A stretch of DNA of 50,089 bases. It comes from an uncultured Bacillota bacterium. Lineage in GTDB: Bacteria; Bacillota_I; Bacilli_A; RFN20; CAG-826. The stretch covers positions 1-50,089 of the forward strand of contig CAMORJ010000001.1 of assembly GCA_946623775.1 (NCBI GenBank), read 5' to 3'. A program made the position numbers and the translations under genes. The notes beneath the pieces were generated by a model. The model was not told the origin of the DNA, searched no databases, and saw only the letters and a program-made list of their open reading frames with translations. Shown piece by piece: positions 1 through 7,067 of the stretch (position 1 is the stretch's first letter; each line of letters opens with the position of its first letter).

Positions 1-208
1 AGCACTGGTATATCGGTTGTCGCGCCAGCGGCATGGCCGGGTAGCTACCTCCGGAACAGATAAACGCTGAAAGCATCTAAGCGTGAAACTAACCACAAGA
101 TGAGACTTCTCTTAAGGACCCTCCAATGTTAGGAGGTTGATAGGTTGGAAGTGTAAGCACAGTAATGTGTTCAGCTGACCAATACTAATAGTCCGTCACT
201 TAATTTCA
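1..208 (+). rRNA. rrl: 23S rRNA, 3'-terminal ~200 nt (partial; the gene continues upstream of the window)
   Basis: It contains the conserved 3'-domain strings GCTGAAAGCATCTAAGCG and TTCAGCTGACCAATACTAATAG. A short spacer and a 5S gene follow. The 3' end is approximate. Confidence 0.9.
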
Positions 209-333
209 CTATTCTATAAATTCATTTGTAGATGAGTAAGCTAAGTCAGGCGCATAAAGTAAATTACAACTTGTAAGAACGGTTATTCGGTAATATCCAA
301 TTTTCAAGGAACATTGAGTCTCCTAAAGAAAAA

Positions 334-442
334 GTCCGGTGGCTATGGCGTGGTGGATCACCTGTTCCCATCCCGAACACAGCAGTTAAGCACCTCAGTG
401 GCGAAGGTAGTCCGCAAGGGCAAGAATAGCGCGTCGCTGGGC
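334..442 (+). rRNA. rrf: 5S rRNA (short, ~109 nt)
   Basis: It carries the conserved core CCTGTTCCCATCCCGAACACAGCAGTTAAGC. The terminal helix GTCCGGTG / CGCTGGGC pairs fully when G-U pairs are allowed. It lies about 125 nt after the 23S end. Confidence 0.9.
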
Positions 443-505
443 TTTTTCTTTTATAGGCTTTTTATTTCAATTTGAATTAAGCAATACCCACCTGCCATAT
501 AAAAC

Positions 506-537
506 AAAACCATTGATCAAGCAATCAATGGTTTTTT
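506..537 (+). terminator. Rho-independent terminator of the rrn operon
   Basis: A 12-bp stem AAAACCATTGAT (506-517) / ATCAATGGTTTT (524-535) with loop CAAGCA. The 3' arm runs directly into a T tract that ends at 537. Confidence 0.7.
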
Positions 538-540
538 CGT

Positions 541-705
541 ACATAGCTGATCTAGTCGCGAAGTCCCGATGCCCATTGCTGGACTAGGTTCCTGCCTCAT
601 CGAATCTGGAGGGTAATTTCCATGACTCTCCCGCTTGCTTGCGTGGCCACGCGTAATAACGCGAGGAACAGGCTTTATTTCCGGCGCTTCTCGCCGTACA
701 GGCTG
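541..705 (-). ncRNA. Candidate omega RNA scaffold / right end of the tnpB element
   Basis: This noncoding stretch lies directly 3' of the tnpB stop on the same strand. It is GC-richer than the flanking spacers and dense in short stems: GCGTGG/CCACGC 641-652, GCGAG/CTCGC 661-694, CTAGTC/GACTAG 552-587. TnpB guide RNAs are encoded in this position. Boundaries are not determined. Confidence 0.45.
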
Positions 706-1782
706 TTAATTGATTCCCAGCAGCCGTATTCCTTCATTCCTGATATTTATTGCGGCATTGATGTCTCTGTCCAACACGATGCCGCATGAAGGGCATTGCC
801 ATGCTTTAATGGTGTAATCTTTCAATGCCGGGTTCTTTCTTCCGCAATTTGAACATATTTGGGAAGATGGGAAATATTTCCCAATACGAATAACCTTTGT
901 TCCATATTCTTGGGCTTTCTTTTGCAACCAATCGATGAATTCGCCCCATGCTAAATCCACCTCCTTTCTGGCGATTGAATGTATTTTGTTGATGCCTTTG
1001 ATATCCAGGGATTCTATGCATACGATGGCGTTGTTTGTAACAATGTCCAGCGCAGTTTTAACTAAGAAATCCTTTCTTTGCCTTTTGATTTTTTCGTAAA
1101 GCCTTTGAATCGCATAAACTGTTTTTCGATAGTTTTTCGATCTTTTGTTTCGCCTTGAAAGCTCATGGTTAAGAAGTTTCAACTGCCTTTGGTACTGCCC
1201 CATAAAGCTTGGCGGGGCGACCCTATGTCCTTCAGAAGTCACAAGAAAATCTTTGATTCCCAAATCAATCCCTATAACGCCCCCATTATTTGTTTTATTT
1301 GGATTCGGGAGCGACATCAATACCATCGCATAATATTTGTTATCGCGCGTACGCTTAACGACAATCCTTTTCCCAAAGCCGTCTGGCCGCTGCCCTTGCC
1401 TATAACGTATATACCCGACTCCGGGCACTTCGATGAAGTCAAAAGTCACTACCGCACCGTCTGGGCCGCTAAGAAGACGATACGCGCTTCGCCCTTTCCG
1501 GTATCTAATATTCTTTTTGGTAGACAACGCCTTGTAGAAATCCGATATAACCGATGTGAGAACATATGGATTTGGATCCAAAAGATCTGGATAATCTTCT
1601 ATCCAATCCGCGATTTTCGATATCATTTGGCGTTCCGTCGGCAGAGGGATGTTATTTCCTCTGCAATAGCTCACGTGCCTTAGAGCTAGGTTCCAAACCA
1701 AATCGCAGCACTGAAGCGTCTTGGCAATCAGCTTGCGTTGTTTTTTGCTGGGGTAAATCCTGTAGGAGATATAACGATACAT
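706..1782 (-). CDS. tnpB: TnpB (IS200/IS605 OrfB-type RNA-guided nuclease), 358 aa from the ATG at 1782
   Basis: N-terminus MYRYISYRIYPSKKQ is typical of OrfB. RuvC motifs are GIDLG, CIESLD and LDRDINAAINI. The zinc finger is CSNCG...CPSCG. An SD GAGAGG lies 7 nt upstream of the ATG at 1782; the ORF track starts at the GTG at 1797. Confidence 0.9.
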   Translation of the reverse strand: MYRYISYRIYPSKKQRKLIAKTLQCCDLVWNLALRHVSYCRGNNIPLPTERQMISKIADWIEDYPDLLDPNPYVLTSVISDFYKALSTKKNIRYRKGRSAYRLLSGPDGAVVTFDFIEVPGVGYIRYRQGQRPDGFGKRIVVKRTRDNKYYAMVLMSLPNPNKTNNGGVIGIDLGIKDFLVTSEGHRVAPPSFMGQYQRQLKLLNHELSRRNKRSKNYRKTVYAIQRLYEKIKRQRKDFLVKTALDIVTNNAIVCIESLDIKGINKIHSIARKEVDLAWGEFIDWLQKKAQEYGTKVIRIGKYFPSSQICSNCGRKNPALKDYTIKAWQCPSCGIVLDRDINAAINIRNEGIRLLGIN

Positions 1783-1951
1783 TTTTTTGCCTCTCACTTA
1801 TTAAATTGTGTTTGAAATTGAAAAAAGGACTCAACTTTTTGCAAGAATTTTATAAAGTAGGCTATTCATCGCATTTATTTTTTTCAGAAAGCTTGCAATT
1901 GAAAAACGATAATGGGCAGGTATCATTATGTCGTAGAAAAGAGGATTGATT

Positions 1952-3292
1952 ATGAACGGAGAGACTGCCCGCGTATTAGAAACGATCAAAAAGCAATATT
2001 ATTATCAAAGCGAATATCTCCAAGCGGCGGAGGAAATCCTGGATAGCCTAGACGCAGCGATTTCGTCCAACCCGGCATTGACGGATTGGAAGATCATCGA
2101 ACGTTTCGTCCGCCCTGACAGAGTGATTTCCTTCCGCGTGTGCTGGGTGGATGATAAAGGAGAAGTCCAGGTCAACAACGGATATCGCGTCCAATTCAAC
2201 AATGCAATCGGCCCCTATAAAGGAGGCCTGCGTTTCCATGCGTCCGTGAACGAATCGATTCTGAAATTCCTTGGCCTCGAGCAGGTTTTGAAGAATTCCC
2301 TCACCGGCTTGCCCATGGGTGGGGGAAAGGGAGGATCGGATTTTGACCCCCATGGCAAATCAGATGGCGAGGTCATGAGGTTCTGCCAAGCCTTCATGAC
2401 CGAACTCCATCGCTACATTGGAGACGATATCGATGTGCCAGCAGGCGATATCGGCGTCGGTGGGCGCGAAATCGGCTATTTGTATGGGCAATATAAGCGC
2501 CTCACCCACCGTAGCGATGGCGTCCTGACGGGAAAAGGCATCCCTTTTGGCGGATCCTTGGGAAGGACCCCGGCGACGGGATACGGCCTTTGCTATTTCG
2601 CCGAAGCTGCGATGAAAAAACTCCGCAACACCACCTTCGCAGGCAAAACCGTCGTGGTTTCGGGTTCGGGGAACGTCGCTCATTATGCTGCGGAAAAAGC
2701 GATCCAACTCGGAGGCAAAGTCGTCGCTATGTCCGATTCAAGCGGATACGTTTTCGACCCAAACGGAATAGATCTCGAGGCCGTTTATCAGATTAAGCAG
2801 GTGCGCCGAGCAAGGATCAAAGAATATCTAGCTGACCACCCCAAGGCAACTTATTGCGATGGGCCGTCTGGGATTTGGAGCCTTCCTTGCGACGTTGCGC
2901 TTCCCTGCGCGACGCAAAACGAATTGGATGAGAACGATGCAAAGAAACTGATCGCCAATGGAGTTCTTGGCGTTTTCGAGGGCGCGAATATGCCTTGCAC
3001 CCTCGCTGCGCAGCGTTTGCTCATAGAGAAAGGAATCCTCTATTCGCCCGGGAAAGCGAGCAATGCCGGCGGCGTGGCTGTCTCGGGTCTTGAAATGAGC
3101 CAGAACAGCATGAGGCTGAGCTGGAGTTTTGAGGAAGTAGACTCCAGGCTGAAGACAATCATGGAGAGCATTTTTGAGAACTGCCTTGCGACCGCGGTGA
3201 AATATGGCAAGCAAGAAAACCTTCTTTTCGGCGCGAACGTATACGGTTTTGAAAAAGTGTCTTCCGCAATGCTTAGCCTGGGCGTGATATAA
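1952..3292 (+). CDS. gdhA: NADP-specific glutamate dehydrogenase
   Basis: Motifs GGGKGGSDFDPHGKSDGEVMRFCQAFMTEL and VSGSGNVA (Rossmann). SD AAAAGAGGA precedes the ATG at 1952; the ORF track starts at the TTG at 1946. Confidence 0.95.
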   Translation: MNGETARVLETIKKQYYYQSEYLQAAEEILDSLDAAISSNPALTDWKIIERFVRPDRVISFRVCWVDDKGEVQVNNGYRVQFNNAIGPYKGGLRFHASVNESILKFLGLEQVLKNSLTGLPMGGGKGGSDFDPHGKSDGEVMRFCQAFMTELHRYIGDDIDVPAGDIGVGGREIGYLYGQYKRLTHRSDGVLTGKGIPFGGSLGRTPATGYGLCYFAEAAMKKLRNTTFAGKTVVVSGSGNVAHYAAEKAIQLGGKVVAMSDSSGYVFDPNGIDLEAVYQIKQVRRARIKEYLADHPKATYCDGPSGIWSLPCDVALPCATQNELDENDAKKLIANGVLGVFEGANMPCTLAAQRLLIEKGILYSPGKASNAGGVAVSGLEMSQNSMRLSWSFEEVDSRLKTIMESIFENCLATAVKYGKQENLLFGANVYGFEKVSSAMLSLGVI

Positions 3293-3321
3293 TCCGCCGA
3301 AAGAAGTGAATTCGCATGCAT

Positions 3322-3347
3322 GGGGTCAATATTTGGCCCCTTTTTTT
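3322..3347 (+). terminator. gdhA terminator
   Basis: Stem GGGGTCAA / TTGGCCCC (one G-U pair), loop TAT, followed by T7. Confidence 0.7.
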
Positions 3348-3349
3348 GT

Positions 3350-4588
3350 TTAGTGCATCTCGACGATGATCGCCGCGCAAAGGACTTCGGCCGCCTCTGC
3401 CAATTCTTTGAGGTCGGGGTAGGTCGGCGCGATGCGGATGTTCGCATTGTCCGGGTCCCTGTGGTAGGGGTACGTCGCCCCGGCCGGGGTTAGGACAACG
3501 CCGCATTCCCTGCATCGCTCAATGACTTGCTTTGCCTTCCCTGGAACGTTCAGCGAGATGAAATAGCCGCCATTGGGTTTGGTCCAGCAAACGCCGTCGA
3601 GTCCGGAAAGGCGTTCGTCAAAAACGCGTTCGACCAGCTCGAATTTCGGAAGCATGATATCGGAAAGCCTATGGATGTGCCTTTTGAGCCCATCGAGGTC
3701 ATGGAAGAACCTGACGTGCCTGAGCTGATTGATTTTGTCGTAGCCGATGGTCGAAACGCCCATTTGCTTCTTGATTTGCGAAAGGTTTGGCGTGGAGGCT
3801 GCCAATGCGGCGATTCCGGCGCCTGGGAACGATACCTTTGATGTGGACGCGAACATATAGACTATATCCTCGTTTCCAACCTTCAAGGCTTCGTCGAATA
3901 TGTTGAGCAAATGATCCTGCTTGTCTCTATGCAGGTGATGGACGGCGTAAGCGTTGTCCCAATAGATTCTGAAGTCCTTGGCTTTAGGATCCAGTCTTGC
4001 AAAACGTCTGACGACTTCGTTCGAATAGGTGATTCCCGTTGGGTTGGAATACTGCGGAACGCACCATATGCCTTTGACGCTTTCGTCTTGAATCAGCTCC
4101 TCGATGAGGTCCATGTCGGGACCGAATTCGTTCATTGGGACGTTGATCATCTCGATGCCGAAAAACTCCAAAATGGAAAAATGCCTGTCGTATCCTGGCA
4201 CGGGACAGAGCCATTTCACCTTGTCTAATTTTGACCAAGGAACGCTGCCCAAGACCCCATGGGTCATGGAACGGCTGATTTGCTCATACATGACATGGAG
4301 AGACGAATTCCCGTATATGATGACATTGTCTTTGCTGACTCCGAGCACTTGGCCCATGAGTTCCCTGCATTCGGATATCCCTTCCAGCAGGCCATAGTTC
4401 CTGACGTCGTTCCCGTCGCTGTCTAGAAAATCCGATCCATCGCGCAGCGTCTCGAGCATCGGGTTCGCGAGCTCAATCTGGGCTTGGCTGGGCTTCCCCC
4501 TTGCCATGTTCAAATGCACTTGGCTCTTTTTCGCGTGCTCCAAAACGGCCAACGCCGATAGATACTCTTGCTCGCTGATGGATTTCAT
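3350..4588 (-). CDS. PLP-dependent class I/II aminotransferase (aspartate-aminotransferase-like)
   Basis: N-terminal LNMARGKPSQAQIELANPML and STSKVSFPGAGIAA (PLP-lysine region). The length is typical of the family. The start is ambiguous: ATG at 4588, 4633 or 4690, none with a clear SD. Confidence 0.8.
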   Translation of the reverse strand: MKSISEQEYLSALAVLEHAKKSQVHLNMARGKPSQAQIELANPMLETLRDGSDFLDSDGNDVRNYGLLEGISECRELMGQVLGVSKDNVIIYGNSSLHVMYEQISRSMTHGVLGSVPWSKLDKVKWLCPVPGYDRHFSILEFFGIEMINVPMNEFGPDMDLIEELIQDESVKGIWCVPQYSNPTGITYSNEVVRRFARLDPKAKDFRIYWDNAYAVHHLHRDKQDHLLNIFDEALKVGNEDIVYMFASTSKVSFPGAGIAALAASTPNLSQIKKQMGVSTIGYDKINQLRHVRFFHDLDGLKRHIHRLSDIMLPKFELVERVFDERLSGLDGVCWTKPNGGYFISLNVPGKAKQVIERCRECGVVLTPAGATYPYHRDPDNANIRIAPTYPDLKELAEAAEVLCAAIIVEMH

Positions 4589-4717
4589 GTGTGATATTGT
4601 CGGAGATAATCGGCTTTTTAGCAACCGTTCCATGATGTAAATTTGGTTGCGCAAACGGAGATGGCCTAGTGGTGTGCAATATTTGCGCACATCTAGTTCG
4701 TGCTTTGCCCGCGCACA

Positions 4718-4726
4718 TGGTAGAAT
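4718..4726 (+). promoter_or_regulatory. Extended -10 promoter element for rfbB
   Basis: TGgTAGAAT lies about 30 nt upstream of the rfbB ATG. The SD CAGGAG lies in between. Confidence 0.4.
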
Positions 4727-4756
4727 TGAAGGGATTTCAAGACAGGAGTTCCTTAA

Positions 4757-5788
4757 ATGAAGAAAACACTATTGGTCACCGGCGGCGCAGGCTTCATCGG
4801 CAATTGCTTTTGCAAGCTGATCCTTGCGGAACGCCCCGAATGGAAGGTCATCAACGTCGATGTATGCACCTACGCGGCGAACCCGCATACGATTGATGGG
4901 GAGCTGAAGAACCCGAACTACGCATTCTACAAGAAGGATATCCGCGACAGGGCCGAGATGGAGAGGATATTCGAGGCCGAGCGCCCCGACATCGTCGTCA
5001 ATTTCGCCGCGGAGTCGCACGTCGACCGCTCGATCAAGAACCCGACGGTGTTCCTGGAGACCAATATTTTGGGAACCGCGGTCTTGATGGACTGCGCCAG
5101 GAAATACGGCGTGGAGAGGTTCCATCAGGTCGGCACCGACGAGGTCTATGGCGATCTGCCCCTTGATAGGCCGGACCTGTTCTTCAGGGAGGACACCCCG
5201 CTCCATACCTCCTCTCCCTACAGCACCTCCAAGGCGTCCGCCGACTTGCTGGTGCTCGCATACCACAGGACATACGGCCTCCCCGTCACCATCAGCAGAT
5301 GCTCCAACAACTATGGCCCATACCAGTTCCCCGAGAAGCTGATCCCCCTTATGATCTCCAAGGCCAGCCACGACGAGCCGCTCCCCGTCTACGGGGCAGG
5401 GCTAAACGTCCGCGATTGGCTCTATGTGGAGGACCATTGCAGGGGCATCCTCGCGGTCCTTGAGAAAGGGCGCGTCGGCGAAGTGTATAACCTAGGCGGC
5501 CACAATGAGAAAGCCAACATCGACATCGTCAAGATTATCCTGAAGGAACTCGGCAAGCCCGAATCCCTCATCACCTACGTCGCCGATAGGCACGGCCATG
5601 ACCAAAGGTACGCGATCGACCCCCATAAAGCCAATGTTGAATTGGATTGGGATCCGGTCACGAGGTTCGAAGTCGGCATCAAGAAGACCATCGCTTGGTA
5701 TCAAAGCGAGCTGGGCAGGAAATGGCTTGCGGAATGCATCGAATCCGAGCAGGCGTGGCTCAAAGAGAACTACGAGAACCGCGAATAA
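4757..5788 (+). CDS. rfbB: dTDP-glucose 4,6-dehydratase
   Basis: VTGGAGFIGNCF (NAD-binding) and YSTSKASADLLV (SDR YxxxK), with full-length RmlB-like collinearity. Confidence 0.93.
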   Translation: MKKTLLVTGGAGFIGNCFCKLILAERPEWKVINVDVCTYAANPHTIDGELKNPNYAFYKKDIRDRAEMERIFEAERPDIVVNFAAESHVDRSIKNPTVFLETNILGTAVLMDCARKYGVERFHQVGTDEVYGDLPLDRPDLFFREDTPLHTSSPYSTSKASADLLVLAYHRTYGLPVTISRCSNNYGPYQFPEKLIPLMISKASHDEPLPVYGAGLNVRDWLYVEDHCRGILAVLEKGRVGEVYNLGGHNEKANIDIVKIILKELGKPESLITYVADRHGHDQRYAIDPHKANVELDWDPVTRFEVGIKKTIAWYQSELGRKWLAECIESEQAWLKENYENRE

Positions 5789-5796
5789 TCGATTTC

Positions 5797-5821
5797 GGCG
5801 GCTAGAAACCTAGCCGCTTTT
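5797..5821 (+). terminator. rfbB terminator
   Basis: Stem GGCGGCTAG / CTAGCCGCT, loop AAAC, followed by a T-run. Confidence 0.75.
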
Positions 5822-5842
5822 ATCGTCAAAGGAGGAAGAAAC

Positions 5843-6364
5843 ATGTTGGAAATCCTAAGTAAACGCAGAACCGTGCGGAAATTCGATTCCAAGCGGATGG
5901 TGGAAAAAGAAAAGATAGAGGAGATCGTTCAAGCGGGTCTCCATGCCCCGAGCGGAAAGAATCTCCAAGCGGGGGAAATCTTCGTCATCACGAACCCGGA
6001 ATTCCGCAAAGCATTAGTCAAAATAAACGCTGAGATAGGCCAATTCCCGTTGGGATTCGACTCATTTTATGGCGCTCCCGTGATCCTAGTGGTCGCGGCT
6101 AAGGATTGCCCATATACAGACCTCGATGGGGCGGCGATGATAGAGAACATGCTGCTGGAGGCAACAAACCAAGGTTTGTCGACCTGCTGGATCCATCGCG
6201 CCAAGGCGGAATTCGAAATGGAAGGCGTCAAAGAGCTATTCGCTTCTTATGGCATCGATATCTCCGGATACGTCGGAGTGGATCACATTGCCCTTGGCTA
6301 TGGTTTGGGCGAGGAGCCCAAACCAAAGGCAATCAGGCCAGGCAGGGTTCATTATATCGAATAG
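5843..6364 (+). CDS. Nitroreductase-family oxidoreductase
   Basis: N-terminal LSKRRTVRKF is the typical FMN nitroreductase motif. The length is 173 aa. A strong SD AAAGGAGGAAG is present. Confidence 0.85.
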   Translation: MLEILSKRRTVRKFDSKRMVEKEKIEEIVQAGLHAPSGKNLQAGEIFVITNPEFRKALVKINAEIGQFPLGFDSFYGAPVILVVAAKDCPYTDLDGAAMIENMLLEATNQGLSTCWIHRAKAEFEMEGVKELFASYGIDISGYVGVDHIALGYGLGEEPKPKAIRPGRVHYIE

Positions 6365-6380
6365 GCCCAAGGGCAATGAA

Positions 6381-6438
6381 AAAAAGCGCATTTGCCGACG
6401 TGCTTAAAATCGGAAGCAAATGCGCTTTTGCTTTTTTT
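6381..6438. terminator. Bidirectional terminator between the nitroreductase gene and the convergent 76-aa gene
   Basis: Long stem AAAAAGCGCATTTGC (6381-6395) / GCAAATGCGCTTTT (6416-6429). It has an A-run before and a T-run after. Confidence 0.7.
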
Positions 6439-6443
6439 CGAAG

Positions 6444-6674
6444 TTACATCTTCCGGCTGTCTTGCACGATTTTGCGGCCGGAATCGCTGTATTCGACGAT
6501 CAGATAATGGGCGTTGTCTCCGCGTCCGCCGGTATGGAAACGTTCGGTGTTGGCGACTTGGACCAGCATGCTGTTGCCATAATCGACGGCTTTTTCGGTG
6601 TTCCTGAAAATCTCATCGATTTCCTCGACGTGGCCATCGGGATAGTGGAATTCGACTTTGTAATGAGCGACCAT
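6444..6674 (-). CDS. Hypothetical small protein (76 aa)
   Basis: SD AAGGAG lies 7 nt upstream of the ATG and a terminator lies downstream. The amino-acid composition is balanced. I recognise no family. Confidence 0.6.
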   Translation of the reverse strand: MVAHYKVEFHYPDGHVEEIDEIFRNTEKAVDYGNSMLVQVANTERFHTGGRGDNAHYLIVEYSDSGRKIVQDSRKM

Positions 6675-6777
6675 GGTGTGGCTCCTTGTTGTTTGTTTGC
6701 TCCATTATTCTACACGATTTTCGATTGATTCGTATCCTGTTTGTCGCTTGTTTTGCCTTTTGCCTTATAATTCTGAT

Positions 6778-7065
6778 ATGACTTATCGCGAATTCGTCGA
6801 TCAGCTGAATGCGGGCAAGTTCTCAAGGGTCGCTTTTTCCATCGATGGCTATGGTCATTATCGGAACTGTGTTTTCCTTTATGAAGGGAGACCGGAGGGG
6901 AAGCACGTCATCAGCCTTTTGCTAACAAAAGACGGCTCTGAGAGGATGTATTTCCATGGCCTTTTCAATGAAGGCGAGGAGGTCTTCCGCATCAAAGGGG
7001 AAGGCAATCTGACGCTTGAAAGAGCCTGGAAGAAAGTCAAAATCCAGGAAATCGTTTATCGATGA
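6778..7065 (+). CDS. Hypothetical small protein (95 aa from the ATG at 6778)
   Basis: The upstream part of the ORF is Cys/Leu-rich and looks like non-coding read-through. TATAAT (6766-6771) sits 6 nt before the ATG at 6778, which suggests a leaderless start. I recognise no family. Confidence 0.5.
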   Translation: MTYREFVDQLNAGKFSRVAFSIDGYGHYRNCVFLYEGRPEGKHVISLLLTKDGSERMYFHGLFNEGEEVFRIKGEGNLTLERAWKKVKIQEIVYR

Positions 7066-7067
7066 GT

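Larger units (their letters stand above)
541..1850 (-). mobile_element. IS200/IS605-family element remnant carrying tnpB only (no tnpA); ends not defined
   Basis: It comprises tnpB plus the structured 3' tail. No Y1 (HUH) transposase ORF is adjacent. It is wedged between the rrn terminator and gdhA. The left boundary is a guess. Confidence 0.45.

Noticed and set aside
1165-1683. A 172-aa plus-strand ORF inside the tnpB region, considered as a possible tnpA (Y1 transposase).
   Set aside because: It lies antisense within the tnpB coding sequence. It has no HUH motif or catalytic Tyr context and its composition is junk-like.
1821-1840. A 20-nt exact match (AAAAAAGGACTCAACTTTTT) to the reverse complement of the 3' arm of the rnhB terminator (27271-27290). 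I considered it as a split terminator or IS target-site footprint.
   Set aside because: Only 9 informative nt (GGACTCAAC) are flanked by A/T runs, and the complementary arm is absent near 1821-1870. A chance match is plausible in 100 kb of two-strand sequence.
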